A model generated the notes under the pieces. It ran no database searches. It saw nothing but the letters and a program-made list of their open reading frames with translations, and was not told where the DNA came from. Below are positions 40,401-53,595 of a stretch of 64,000 nt of DNA, piece by piece (position 1 is the stretch's first letter; each line of letters begins with the position of its first letter). The stretch spans positions 2,136,656-2,200,655 of the forward strand of contig NMRA01000002.1 of NCBI GenBank assembly GCA_002633005.1. The letters run 5' to 3'. This DNA comes from Phoronis australis (taxonomy: Eukaryota; Animalia; Phoronida). Both the position numbers and the translations under genes were made by a program.

Positions 40401-43117
40401 TATTCTCAGAGACTTTGTACTTATGCCGAAGTAAGTTTCGATTATTTTTCAGAAATAGTAATGTGGAGCGCGAGGCCAAGTCTGTTTGATGAGAAGTTAG
40501 TTAAGACATTTAGGTCTTAAAAGACAGAAAATTTGTCTAATGTTCCCACTTCACTGTTGAAATTACTTGTACAAAATGTCTTAGAAAGAAACAGTTTATT
40601 TTGTTGTTTTCTAAAGTGACTTAGTTTCAAGCTAAAGACCTATTGCCTCTAATCTTGAATTCGTACCGTTAGGAATCGACTGTAGAGTGTGAATGTGCGT
40701 CTTATTGGACTTCAAATACACTTTTCTGTACCTGAATGGCTACCATGTTACCATGTTAACCACAGAATTTGCATATGGTGGTCCACAATCTCAACTGCAA
40801 ATTTTGCTACTGGGGTGTAATTGACTGTCGTTACCTTTCCTTTTCTTCAAGGGAATACACGCTTTCACTTCAGTGACTGTTGGTCAATTCAGCATGTCTC
40901 TGAATACTGTCTCAGAATCCACCAAGATACCCATAACAATAAACCGTGGTTGTTCAAAGGGTCTCAGAGAATTCATTGACTCTCCAAGTTTTTCTAGCCT
41001 CTCCATTACTAAGTTAATTTTGTTCTTGAATCTGCAATTGCATGTAGCTGGCTAAACACGAAAATAGAATTAGACCTTTCGGTCTCAAGTTTACGCACAG
41101 CAGCGCTATTTTGGAAGTCAGCTATTTAAAGCCCGTACGATGCTTTCCGGAGCTGTTCTCCCGTATAGGAGGCGTTGACAGGGACGTCTCAAAAACTCGG
41201 GTGAGTCTTGAGGCCTTTCAGATAGCGTCATTATGGAAATGAACTGTAATTTTTCTGCAACATCGTTTCGAAGGAGTAGGTTGGCTTTGCTTTCACAAAG
41301 GCGGGAGGAGAAATTTAGCATTTATTGACAACGCTAGATTTTTTATCACTTCGAATATACATGTAGTCTCGACAAGTACACGTTTTCCGACTACTCGGAC
41401 ATTGTGTTGGTGTGTATTTTAACGTGCCTCCTCTCTTCAATATTACATAGGTAAAGTTTCCCTTATAGTGATCTAAGGTACGACACTCCCTGCAAGTTGA
41501 AACTGTAAGGATGAGTCTTTCATAAGAAATTGATTAAGTTATAGCAGTTAAACTTGTCTGACGTTGCCGTCTATGTTACGCTGACGGAGCTGCGACAAAG
41601 GCTCGTTATCCCCGCTTTTTTGTGCAGGGTACAAAAATCGTACTACTGACTATCCCTGTGCTAATGTTACTGTTATTACGTGTCGCACCAATATCACCAA
41701 TGCGTTCCATTTTGTTAAGGTGTGGGGTTAAATTAATCTTTTTCGTAACGAATATTGTTTTTATCACACAGGTGCGCCATTCCTGGATATGACGGCGACA
41801 CTTACGACGCCATTAATCAGACGCACGAGCTTTATATTAAAGCCTTCATACCGGACGATGACTTTTGTCACGTGTACACTGGCGTTAACATGACTTCACC
41901 TTCGTGGGACTTGCTAAAGTTGAATGGAACAACATGGGAGAAGCTAAACATTACAATGAAGAAAGCAGAATGCTCAGCTTGGGTTTACGACAGGTCGACT
42001 TTCCAGGAAACTATAATAACACAGGTAGTTTTAAGTACCTTTGATACTTAGGTCTCCCACCATCGATACAACTGATCGTCAGTACCACCTCTGTCATCAC
42101 CAGCATCATTACCACCACCCTGCACCACCATTTTCGTCGTCATCACCTTCACCGCTGTAATGGTTGATGTCATCATAATCGCCACAACCTCCGCCATCTT
42201 TGTCATCACGATCATCAGCATCTCCATTACTATCATTGTCGCCATAACAACCAACACCGTCCACTGCGTATTCGACCGCATCAGCAATCGTTGCATCCCC
42301 AGTCACTTCACAACAGTCATCATTTTGTTGCATGCATTTTGCCGTCACCAACTGCACCGTCAGTACCGACTTCATTGTACAATGGATGTACAAAGCTATT
42401 CTAGATTGTTCCAGGGCCCGGTCTCTAATCTTTGTACTCGAAATGAACTCGAAACTATTTTTGGCAATTTCTCTGCTCCTTTTTTTCAAACTTAAGATAA
42501 TTGGTTATCAGACTGTGCTCGAATAAATTATAGTTTATGCATAGGAGTTTCTAGTTCAAGTTTGCATGCCCTTGAAGACCCTTATATTCGTGCTACAAAC
42601 TCGAGTAAAAACTTGAAATTTCGAGTTCAAACTCAAACTTATTGCTTTAATATTGGGTTTACAAACTGTGAACTAAGGGCAATAAATTATCTACGTAAGT
42701 TATTGTGTACTCGAGCATAGAATAATCGACACTTATCTTGAGTTCGCCCAAAAGTAGAGTAGAAAATGCCAAACCTAATTTCGAGTTCCATATCGAGTAA
42801 AAAGATTGTAGACCGGCCCAGATGTCAACGCCACACAATGGACTTACGGAGTGAACAAGAGTGCAGGTTGCTGTAGCAATATTTTAATTTTATTCTACAA
42901 TTTTATCCGTGAGTAACAGCAACAACAACACCAACACCAGTTCCATTTTACATAATAATAATAACAGGTGCAACAACAATAACAACAAAAACAGCAGCAA
43001 CTTCATCTTATTGAAAACAGGGCTTATGACTCATACTTCTGTTATACATAATAATAACATATACGCTACAATATTGCACAATTTTAGCCTTAACACCACC
43101 ACCACTAACAACAACAA

Positions 43118-43149
<32 letters not shown>

Positions 43150-46100
43150 GCAACAACAACAACAACAACAAATACAAGGTCAGCAACCCACAGTTTGGTT
43201 TTACTTAACAGATAATAGTAACAACACTAACACTTAGGATACAAAATACCCATACAATATATATAAACTGGGAGAGTGGGAGAGTAGGTTGCAATCCTAA
43301 CAATTCTTCACGCAACAACATTCCTTTTATGTGTAAGAAGACACAGGTTTCAGTTTCACTGGATTACGTACAATGCTCTTAAACAAGCCATGTTTGGATC
43401 ACCTTCACTATCTGCTGGTATAAAATTTCTCATCAGATAACTAAGTTCAGGGCACACAATGAAAGAAAGTAAACACGTGATTACATGTAGGCCTATGCCA
43501 GAATTGTAATACAGGCATGTAGTTTCACTTTTGTCCGTATTACAAGTCTGGCTTATCTCAATGCCTCCAACCAGCAGTACTAAGCACATACGAAGCACCA
43601 ACAGCCAAGCTAGGGACTAGGGTAGATTTTGTTGGTGTAATTGAGTTCAATGACCCAAATTCAGATGACAAATTGGCGGTAAATTTGACTTTTATCGCAT
43701 TCAAACAGTTAAAAACGCCGATACTTGACTTCCACTGGGCTACATCATTCTTCACTTTGTATCAGTAGCAAGTCTTTTACCTTTCCGATGAGTGCACTAA
43801 ATGCACAAACGTCCAGAGAGATATCTTCGCACGTCTACTCTGTATGTAGCGCCACCTGTATCGTTACACTTTAGCTTGTTTCATTTTACACGTATACTAG
43901 TTTCGTTATTTGCTTTAATTCTATACCTTCAAATCTGGAACTGTTCATAAGAAGCACATCGATCTATTATTCGTGTTTCAGTTTAATCTTGTGTGCAACG
44001 ATGCTCCTTTAGCAACCTACGCCACGGTAATATTCATGGGAGGTGTATTAGTCGGTGCATTTGGCTTTGGATTTTTGTCTGATGCGTAAGTACGGAGCGA
44101 AGTATGGACACTTTCTCAAATCGTATCAATATGTTGAGAGATAATTGTCGCCATTATTGTTCTTTGGTAACAGTGTAGGCCTACATGTACGGTACATTAA
44201 ATGAAGCCATAAGGAATGTAAGAATGATTGGGAAAACAGACATATCCTATTTCACCACACTCTGTTCCCTGTCGTCGTTTTTTCACCTCACAACCCACAT
44301 GTTTCCCACCCTAGCTGGCACAAAAATTTCAAAATACCCTTTGGCCTTTTCTCAAAATTAGAAATAAATCCCTGGCTCTTTTCCTGTCTTTTAAGTCGCC
44401 TTTTAGCCATGCCAAATCAGCACTAGAAATTCAACCAACAATTCTGTTATACCCTCAAACCACGAGTGTGACTTCACGCTACAAATTTCGGAGGGCACGT
44501 GTCCCCATCCGCAAAATCCTGCTAATGGCTGTACTTTAAAAGAAGCCAGTGAATAGAATGTCAGTTACGAATGGAAACCGTGGACGCATTTCATCATTTC
44601 ATGGACCTTCAAACATGAGTTGTTTCAATTTGCCAGCTCCGCAGCAGTAGCAGCATCACTAATATCATCAGTGACCTCTTAACATGGGGCCTGTTCAAAG
44701 AAATTTTTACTTAGCTAAAACAAATCTTAAGATTCAGCCAATTTTAATATAAAGCTTAAAAATTTGTCTCAAGTCCGTTTCAAGAAGAGGTCTTAAGTTT
44801 AACTTAAGTTTTTGAATTGAGTTTTGTCTCAATTTTTACTAACTTACCGGATGTGGAAGTTTCAAAGTTTGGAAGTTGAAAAAAATCTTGGACTTTATTC
44901 AAACATTTTTAAGTCAATTTCTTGGAAAAAGCCCTGATTTTTATATAGTCTAAAATATGTAGATTTATTTGGTTGACGCTTCGTACTTTATTAGACAATT
45001 GCATAAGAACCTTTGAAGTAAATGTCTCAACATGTTTAGGATTGGCCGCAAGAAGACTCTGCTTATTGCAATCTTCCTTCAAGGAGCTTCTGGCGTAGGT
45101 TGTGCATTTTCGCCAAATTACGTTGCATTTGTCATCCTCCGGTTATTGGTTGGTGCAGCAAACGCTGGAATTTTCACGGCTGCATTCGTTTTGGGTAAGT
45201 TGGACACTCACAAATATTTTAACAACGGGTGTATAGTTAATAACGAGAACACCGGCGACTGTAATTTGAATAGTAAGATAAAAAAATCGGGAAACGTCCT
45301 CAGGACAAGGACATTCTTAATGGGTGACTACTAAAAGGATTAAACAATGAAAACTGGTTTGTGTCTAGCTCAAAACACTAGATGGCGTAGCAGCCTGGTG
45401 TGCGTTCTGTAGACGCACATTACTCCAGAAAATGGCTGAACTCACAAGTCTTCGCTAAATGTTGCCTTGTATGACGAACGAAGCACACGATCACGCTAGC
45501 TTTCTCGTACACTCCTTACGTTAACAGAACTCAGGCCTGCGTAGGTCAGACCAAAAGCTCGACACGATTTTGTAACTACAAGAGAGAAAATTAGTGATAT
45601 TTGTTAGATAAGATAGCATCGCGCGGGACTACATATCAAGGCGAGAGAAAGCTATGTAAAAGTTCCAGCATACATTCTGGGCTTGTTTGCTGACATATAG
45701 ATGTGACAGTGGTCAGGTGTAGTTTAACAGTTTGAAGGAATCTTCGATGAAAACTATTTGCAAGCACATACTTAGCACACGACTAAAGATTATTCTGTAG
45801 AAGTGAAAGTTGGGTTTACAAATTTTAAGGAAAGAATTGTGAAGTACTAGCGAGCCTATCAATTTGTCTGAGGAGCAGTGGTTTTTCTCTTTCAGTGATA
45901 GAGTCTTTCGCTTCATCTGTTCGCGTTAACATAGTTCTAAGTCGGAGCTGCCTGTTTGCCCTTTCCTACCCGATCCTCTCTGGCATGGCTTACGGTTTAC
46001 GCGACTGGAGTAAGATACAGTTCGTGGCATCCGCTTTAGCAGTTGTATACTTTATTGGTATAAGGTAAGAGGATCGACGCATGTGTAGCCCGTTATGAAC

Positions 46101-49100
46101 CGTGGGTTGTCGTACATCAAGTCTTTACCTATCAAAGACCAAATTGAAAAGTGCTTTCATTTCTTCAAGTCATAACTCTCGCGACAAATGCAATTACTGT
46201 CCGCAGTCCTATTTTATAGCATTGTAAATACTAACACTGGAGGTAGAAACTAATTCCTATAATTTCCCGATTTATTTGAAAATACTTTAAATTCACCGTA
46301 TGAACGTGATAGGATTCCATGTCTGTTCCCCATTTCAATTTTCCAAGGTAACGGTTATTTTTGGCCCGCCCCAACACACTCCAAAACGTTTTCTTGAGTC
46401 GCTGATAGTTTCGATGCACCGTTGGTATTGGAGCATCGTTGGTAGTGGAATCTCGAATTTAGTCGTCTAAACAAAGCGAAATGCAACTTTAATTTATTTG
46501 AACTTAAATCTGTTCACAAATACGAAAATGGTGGTCATTAAACGGTGTCGTTTTGGTCGGAAATAAGTATAAGTGTGTTTCTATTGAATTTTAAAGCTTT
46601 ATTCCTGAGTCAGCGCGTTGGCTCCTAGCACAAGGCCGCAAAGACGAAGCCGAGGAGATAATACGCCGCGCAGCCAAGGTAAGCACTTTCCTGAGCAACA
46701 CAGTGACAGTACAAACACAATCAAATCACGTTTTCCAATCATCATCTATTGTATCTGCATGCACAAAAGATGGTTTCACCTATTTAATGGGATACTACGT
46801 GACCAACAAGTGTATCGCGTGCTATTAGGTTTCATGAACCACACGTGTTCAGCAACTTATGATGAGGTTAGCAGCCTGCCTTCAAGTCAATGTTTAAGTC
46901 CGGCCCAGGTACTGGATATTCCATGTTCTCCTTAGATCTTATTGCATTCGGCAGCCATGCTTTTACCATCACGGATATCAAGCATTTTTCACGCAAACTC
47001 AAATTATAGCCTCATGGACTATAACAGAATTGTTTGAATAACGCGATTTTCTAATGGTAGTCCGTGATTACTAATATGTAGCTGTTCAAAGCATATGAGA
47101 TTTTGAACTTTGCCCTATTTCGTTTTTTCCATCATTGGCCTCTAAAGTGATAGTATTAGTATTGCCTTTGAGGCTATCTGCTCGAACTTCTAGTTATGCG
47201 TTTTGTCGCAGGAAAATCGTGTGACACTTCCCGAGAAAATGTTTGACGAAGAGCCAGCTGCAGAGACCAGTCCGTCGATGGGTCTTATAGAAATTATTAA
47301 AGAGCTCGTCCATGCTCCTACATTGCTTATACGCAGTCTTGTTGTCTTTTTCAATTGGTGAGTTTGGACAAGACAACGTTAGTCACGTGGCCAGTTATTT
47401 TGAGAAGCAAGTAAAACAAAAAAGTGAAGCAGAATAACGAAAGAGGACGCACGGAAGCTTCACAGTACTTACTAGCCAAGATGCTTTAAAGCAATTTCTA
47501 AGGCAGTTGTCTTTTGCGCAAGTTTTACAAATTCGAAGTACCAATTTGTTTTCAGGTACGACACTTCTCATTGGAATTAAAATCGTTGCGAAGCCCTAAG
47601 CCACAAAAAGCGTTAATAGGATTCATTAAAAGTTAAATTTCAGTAAATTTTTGACGTTATTTTACAACATCGTGGAATTTCAACGCTAACTTTTCACGAA
47701 TGAGTAGACAAGACATATCCTTTTCGAAATACATCGGGTAAATTTATGATTATATCAAATAAAACAGTCGAAGATCCTCAAATGTTACGCGGCTTTCCCT
47801 GAATCAGCAAAGAACTGACTTGCGGAAATCGATTGTTCAATCGGTTCTCTTCCATAACATGAAAGTTTAAATACGCACACGCCAATTTTGTAAAATCTCT
47901 ATTATTTGACATTTCAGGATGGTGGTTTCCATGGTATACTACGGGTTAGCTCTTAATAGCGGTAACTTGGGAGGAGATGTATTCGTCAATTTCATATTGG
48001 CTGGACTCGTCGAATTCCCAGCTTATGGTTTCTGCTTCGCATGTAAATGGCTGGGAAGAAAATATCCACATGCCGGCAACATGTTCCTAGGTGGTCTTGC
48101 ATGTATCAGCACCATCTTCGTTGTTCTTTACTTCGATTGTGAGTAAAAGTTTCTTTCATTAAGACATGCTTTCACAGTCACTTGGAGTATACAACGTAGT
48201 TGAAGTACGGAAGAGTAACCTAGTTACGGCTACCATAAGTATATTGTACAAGTGACACGACTGTAAAAATTCAGGCATTTTGTTCCTTGATGTACATGGC
48301 AAGAAAAGAAAGCCGTGGTCAACATTGGTTCTTAAATAAATATCGAGTGCATCCTTGAGTCCTTTCATTTCCCTTCTCTTTTCCAACAAGCTTAAAAAAG
48401 TGAGCAACTAAATGCATGTGAATACCACACGACTGACTCGATTTTCATGAGAACCAGACACCACGTTTCATTTAGGCTATTGGTGAAAACTTAATATATC
48501 AATTATTTACAGCAAACAATGACTGGTTGATTGCCCTCTCAATGACCGGGAAATTTGGCGCCACCGTGGGATTTACCATTCTTTACTTCTGGTCTGCCGA
48601 GATCTTCCCTACAATTTGTAGAAGTGGGTTGATGGGACTGAGCTCGACTTTCGCTCGTGTCGGTGGTATGGTATGCGCTCCAATTGCGGACTCGGTGAGT
48701 ACCGGCAAAATTTCGAGAAATTCTTTGGTCTTATACTTGGCAGTCGTTTTGTCAGATGCTCAAAACTCGAACCTTGAAGATCTCGTTGAACGGACTTATA
48801 AATGAACTCAGTGTCTTTATTTGCTAGTCTGAAGATTTTACTCCAAAGCAAATAGGCAGTTTGGTTGAATGACTCTGCGAGACTACACATTTCAATGCAA
48901 GACATTGATTTGGTAACACAAGTGATAAGATCTTTTTCTTTATCTGCCGTTTACCAGATTCCATGTACGAGTAGTTTAAAAGACAAGCTTGCAGGTTGGA
49001 AGTATTGTAACATGGTGGAACGCACACGAGATGAGATATGACGAAGCAAGTAGTCGTCTTAGGCGGTGACATCATGACATGGATACTCGATACTACAATC

Positions 49101-50870
49101 TAGGGTAGTACATCCTTATTAATACTGTGAGACGGAAGTTTTTCGGTAAATGACACCGAAATTGGGTTTCTGTATGAACCCATCTGGTGTAGATGGGTCC
49201 TTTGTATGCGGTTGGAGTCTTTAAGTCCCTTCTCGAACAAGTAATCCTGCAATCAACATTTTCCCAAATAGTCCTTCGTTCCGCCACCGAAATTGTGAAC
49301 GGAGATATTTTGATGTGACTGCTTCGCTATAAACATAGAAACTTACAAACCTGGGGAATATCTCAATTATACGTTTAAATGGCGTATGCGTCTTTCCTCT
49401 TGTGGTTCCTAATATATGATAACCGAAAACTTCCACTATCACAGGGCAAAATTCTCGGAGGACCGATGGGCGTGGCTTTACCGCAGATCGTGTTTGGAGG
49501 ACTCACTATCACCGCCGGACTTTTGTCCCTCATTCTGCCAGAGACAACGGGAAGGGAGTTGCCTGAAAGTATAGAAGACGGCAATAACTTTAGCATGTAA
49601 GTACCTTGCCTTTTATTTGAGTGCCTTTTATAAAGAAGCGCCGGTCGTCAATTATTAGTCTTGGCCCATCGTTGGTTGCTTGAACCAAAAATGAACTACT
49701 TGTATATGAGGAAAGTTGCATGTTCCAAAGAGATGTGCACCGCAAACCGGTGGTCTGTGGTTAGGTTCTAACGCTTTGTGAGAGTTATCGCTTGCAGATC
49801 AGAAACCTGTATCGCACTATCCGATTCTAAGTAAATGATGCATTACAACTATACCGTAGTTTATGGTGTCAATGTCTGTATGAGGCATAACCGAGGTGCA
49901 AATTAAGTGTGTCAAAATGGCAGAAACAATCAAACTGTCTTCGCACTTTACAGCGAACTAAAAATTCCATCTGGAGTAAAGTTTGCTATGTTTTCCTCGT
50001 GTGGCGAGTTTTCCTTTAGTGGTGCGAAAACTCTCCCCTGTTGGAAAGGCTTCCTACAACAGTTGCGCAACTGAATGCAAAATAACACAGTTCGTATGTT
50101 GTGCAATCACTTGACAGATCGTTCGTCTGATCTAGAAAACATATGAACTGTCATCACGCACCCGATTTGCATTTTTACCCATGATAAGGCTGAATTCCAA
50201 GGACTCAATTTGTGTTCTGGCTCTGTTTACCCATGGTAGCCCTGACACATGATTGGCCAAGTATTTTGCATACTATTTTTATGCTACATGTAGTTACTCG
50301 TGCGGCGGTTGATCGAACGCTCTTGAGAACGTTAAAGCGGCTGACCAGCCTTTTCATCAGACGTCTTACTTGCGTTGTAAACGCGGTAAATGACCGTCTG
50401 ACAATAAAAATACGTAAGCTTTGGTACCACCACACACCTGGGTTGAGTTCCGTAGATACAAGAATTTCGTGAGTAAAACTTGCATTAATTCACAACATTC
50501 TAATATCCAGAACATTCTCACACAACCTGGCGATAAGAAAATTGATCGGTCGTCTGATTTTGAGACATACAGGTACCCAGATCAGAGGTTTGGCGGTTCA
50601 GACTTTCGATTTCGTCAGCTCGGACGGCGTATGGGCGCTGTATAACGATTAACTATAAAAACGGCAATCCGACTGTCTCATAGTTGTTCTATTTGTTTGC
50701 TTAAGTATACCATCTTCCGTTTCAGGTCTAACAAGGAGATAGAAAAACGTCCAGATAATGAAACCACTAACTTGTACGTGGTGCCGAGTTACAAGAAACG
50801 TGATGCTGAAGAAATGGCGTACAGTAATCCTGCTTTGGACAAAGCAGTTGAAGCTGAAGACAGGCTGTAG
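31425..50870 (+). CDS. SLC22-family transporter, paralog B, 583 aa, uses exon 5a
   Basis: Exons 31425-31567, 41772-42024, 43982-44085, 45040-45194, 45896-46064, 46597-46678, 47212-47357, 47918-48138, 48513-48694, 49445-49596, 50726-50870. Sum is 1752 nt, open frame, with the same intron phases as paralog A. Exon 2 differences from A are mostly synonymous. Confidence 0.9.
33190..33258 (-). mobile_element. tRNA-derived SINE head
   Basis: Minus strand reads gttgcctggttgataagtgcccgct..gaggtcgtgggttcgagtcccaccagg, with Pol III A/B-box-like motifs. Not a clean cloverleaf. Confidence 0.5.
33617..36480 (+). mobile_element. Degenerate non-LTR retrotransposon (CR1/L2-group LINE ORF2: AP endonuclease + reverse transcriptase)
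   Basis: Broken frames with motifs LLIQEPW, FYRPP, ILGGDYN, TLIDNFF, ISDHCPI, YRPIS, QYGFRK.HSTE, LDLSKAF..IDH, PQGS.LGPLLFLI.INDL, YAGDT (YADD-like). Confidence 0.9.
33810..34202. mobile_element. PIF/Harbinger-like MITE nested in the LINE
   Basis: ~40-bp TIRs (GGCCC.GTCTC.AATCTTT.TACTCGAAATG) and a 3-bp TSD CTG. Confidence 0.8.
36515..36662 (+). repeat. Dispersed repeat also present at 63093-63247
   Basis: gcgtc.tattttcatagcgtataaatgtcgg...gcgcgtgctcatttaa is shared between the two loci. Confidence 0.7.
36700..36870 (+). mobile_element. tRNA-derived SINE-like element
   Basis: A-box TGGCGCAGCGG followed by B-box GGTTCGAAACC. Confidence 0.4.
38035..38184. mobile_element. Small MITE
   Basis: Inverted ends gggcccagttgcataaaag / ctttatgcaactcgg. 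Confidence 0.45.
38306..39420. mobile_element. Non-autonomous DNA transposon (P- or hAT-type; CA..TG ends, 8-bp TSD)
   Basis: Perfect 34-bp TIR CACAGGCGCTTGGGTTTATCGCAAATGACGTCAC, extending imperfectly to ~80 bp. TSD CAGACGAC at 38298-38305 and 39421-39428. Confidence 0.85.
42415..42818. mobile_element. Second, inverted copy of the Harbinger-like MITE at 33810-34202
   Basis: Near-identical reverse complement, with a 3-bp TSD CAG. Confidence 0.8.
43095..43175. repeat. (CAA)n microsatellite
   Basis: Long aac/caa run. Further imperfect units lie at 42915-43000. Confidence 0.9.
43200..43760 (-). mobile_element. 3' fragment of a LINE ORF2 (C-terminal cysteine-rich region), degraded
   Basis: Minus-strand TTCLYYNSGIG..FIVCPELSYLMRNFIP...PN resembles the C..C..GDE.HF...CP....R..IP tail of LINE ORF2. 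The adjacent simple repeat could be its tail. Confidence 0.4.
44687..44934. mobile_element. MITE in intron 3 of paralog B
   Basis: Imperfect TIRs gggcctgttcaaagaaat / atttcttggaaaaagccc. Absent at the homologous site in paralog A (~13945). Confidence 0.5.
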
Positions 50871-52699
50871 ATTACGATTGTTTATTTCGATAAAGGGCAT
50901 GACAAAATAACCAAGAATTATAGAATCCGTAGAAAGCCTATTCAAATGTATCCTTGTTAGGCACGTTTTATTTTGTTTTTAGTTTACGTTATTTTTATTT
51001 TTCCATTGTCTTGAAAAGTAATGGAATGGAATACAGCTCTAATTGGGTGAAGATACATGTAACTGAGCGCGGACTACTTTCCTTATTTGTCCATCAGCTG
51101 TATACATGTTAATTTATAGTGTTTCAGCACGAATCTAAAATGAGCGTGTCACTGTGACTGTTGATGTTTATTTAAAAAAATGCTAAGTTGTTATGTTCTG
51201 GAAATGTTTCTCTTATGATATATTACTTTTGTGTCCAGTAACTCAATCAGTGAATTTACAGTCAATTTAAACTACCGAATACTTTTATTTGTCAAGGTTT
51301 GAAAATTTAGGATCTGCAAGTGAAATAGAGTTCTTGTATAATAAATGTATTCAAGAAACAATGTTTGAAATGAAGACTGATTTTCCCATTTGCTGTCTGT
51401 AAGATTCTCTTTCAAGTATGTTTTATTTTAGACCTCATAAAATGAAATTTAACTCATTCTAATGTTCTTACCGTATGACATCGACCTTCTCACACTCAGT
51501 TTTTGCATTTTCATGAGTGCACCACATAACGAACAACATCAAACTAGACTTAAAATTACTAAAATGTCAACAAATCGTCTCTTGATAGTAAAAACTAAAC
51601 TAGTCTGTTTCTTGGACATGTCAGTATACCATATTCATGCCCGTACCTTTACTCTCAAATTAAGAAATTTAACGGAATTTTGAAGTGCGTAAATCCAGTT
51701 TCAGTGAACCTATTTTTAGGATTTGAACGCCAATTTCTGTTACTTTTATGTTCTACATATATCCGGAATCATTATTTTTTTAAAATTTCTAGTATTTCAA
51801 AAAGCACTTTGACAGCCAGACTTGTTTGTTACATTTTAAGTACATTTTCATAACGCTCAGTTTACTCTTTTGTTACCTTTGAACACACTATGAACGTTTA
51901 TTGCTGAGCGATTTTAACCCATTTAATGGGTGTAAAGTGTTCGGATTCTACTTCTTGTGTGAAACAGAAATGCACGTTTTACATTGACAGAATTAAAGTA
52001 GAAATGTAAATATAAACCACTGTCTGATTTGTACGACATGTTCCATATTGAAATTTGTTGTGTGGAACTCTGCGTATTGTAAACGTGGGGGGGGGGTCCT
52101 TTAATTTCCAAATTTGTGACATAAAAGAAGGTGATAATACATTTAAAACATCAGATTGGTGCACAAACAGATTATAAACATGACTGGTATGTATATGTTC
52201 TATGGACTACTCAACTCATCATGCCCAGAACCGATGGCGGCAAACTCGTCAATGGGGGAGACTGAGAATTTTTTCCTCGTTTGAGTATATGCCCATCAGT
52301 GTCAATATAATCGAACACACCTTATCAAGGAAAAGAAATTCCTATTTGTTTCACACGTAAGCGCATGTGCCTATTTCTTCTTATTGGCGCAGACGGCTCT
52401 TCTTTGCAAACGCTCGTGAAGGAATGAGTTATTGGTTCTCTTGGGCCAGTTTTAGTGCCTTGTGCCCAAACAATGAAATTTTTTGTCATAGATTAAGATT
52501 GGCCACACGTTGTAACAGATAATTCCAGATTCACCCACATATTCTATGAGTATAACCCATCGGCGAAACTGACTTTGATAACGCATGTAGCTTGCATTTC
52601 GTTTTACATGCTTCACTTACCAACGTATTCTCTGATGTTCGTCATTTTATGTTTTTTTCTTGAATCTTTATCAATAAAGTATACAGGGCAAAAACGGTA

Positions 52700-53595
52700 A
52701 TAGCAAAATATCGACGTCGTCAAACTCCACGAAATCCCCTTCCTCAGGTCGCTATCATTTTCTTCACTCGGCCCGAGCTCTATTGAGTGCAAAGCGTTTT
52801 CGTACCAGGGATTTCTGAAAAAGCCTTCAACAAAGGGAGCCGCTGGAGAAGGACGTGGGTCGAGGGAAGACGTCCAATGAAGGAAATCGTCTCGGGCACT
52901 ACCAATTTACTGAGGGTACTTACTGCACTTAAAATCTTGGTCCGTCGTCTAAGGGGGAAAGGACATACCAGGGGTTCATTTTTGAACGTTGAAAAAGTGA
53001 CCACGGGTAAAAATTTAATGAAGCTGCCAAAGGTAAAGCCAAGGATAAGAAGCAAGGACGTGTTTGAATTAATACACTGTATATGAAAGATTTCCGTATC
53101 AGTTATCTTAAAACGTTTCTTGGCAAACATATGTATAGCACAACTTGTACACTTTCATATCGTCAACTGTGCAGGTTTTCGTTTATGACAAAGATATCAT
53201 AACTTTCTTTTAAACCAGTTGCTTGGAATTCTTTGACGTCCTACAGCAATAGGTCCAAATAAAATACGAATGTGGCTAAATAGTGAATGAGATTGGAGGT
53301 AGCATTCAAAGAGTGGAGGCGTGTGGATTTCAAAGACGGCAAAGAGAAAACAAAAATTTGAGACACTGTAAAAATCACAGATGAATTCAAGGTTATCATG
53401 AAGGCTGAGTTCCATCGGATTAGTTGACCAAGAAAAAGGTTAGGGAACAATACATTGCACTGCGCCACTTGAAACATAACCTGCCGGAAAATCACGCACT
53501 AGTTCTCGTGGACTCTTCGTATAACTAATCCTGCCAATCTTCTGAAAGCGTCCAATCAGCATATTGGAACACATCGATAGTGACCGTTCACACGT
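52700..53595 (+). mobile_element. Degraded DNA transposase fragment, Sola2-like
   Basis: 53442-53591 translates REQYIALRHLKHNLPENHALVLVDSSYN*SCQSSESVQSAYWNTSIVTVH, matching the DF(A/S)ENY....E(I/V)QS.HW....T.H pattern I associate with Sola2 transposases. Left boundary approximate. Confidence 0.5.

Noticed and set aside
40680-41050. Possible LINE ORF1/gag-like remnant on the minus strand
   Set aside because: Only vague resemblance, with no intact zinc-knuckle motif to support a call.
42909-43208. Asn-rich ORF
   Set aside because: Product of the (CAA)n microsatellite.
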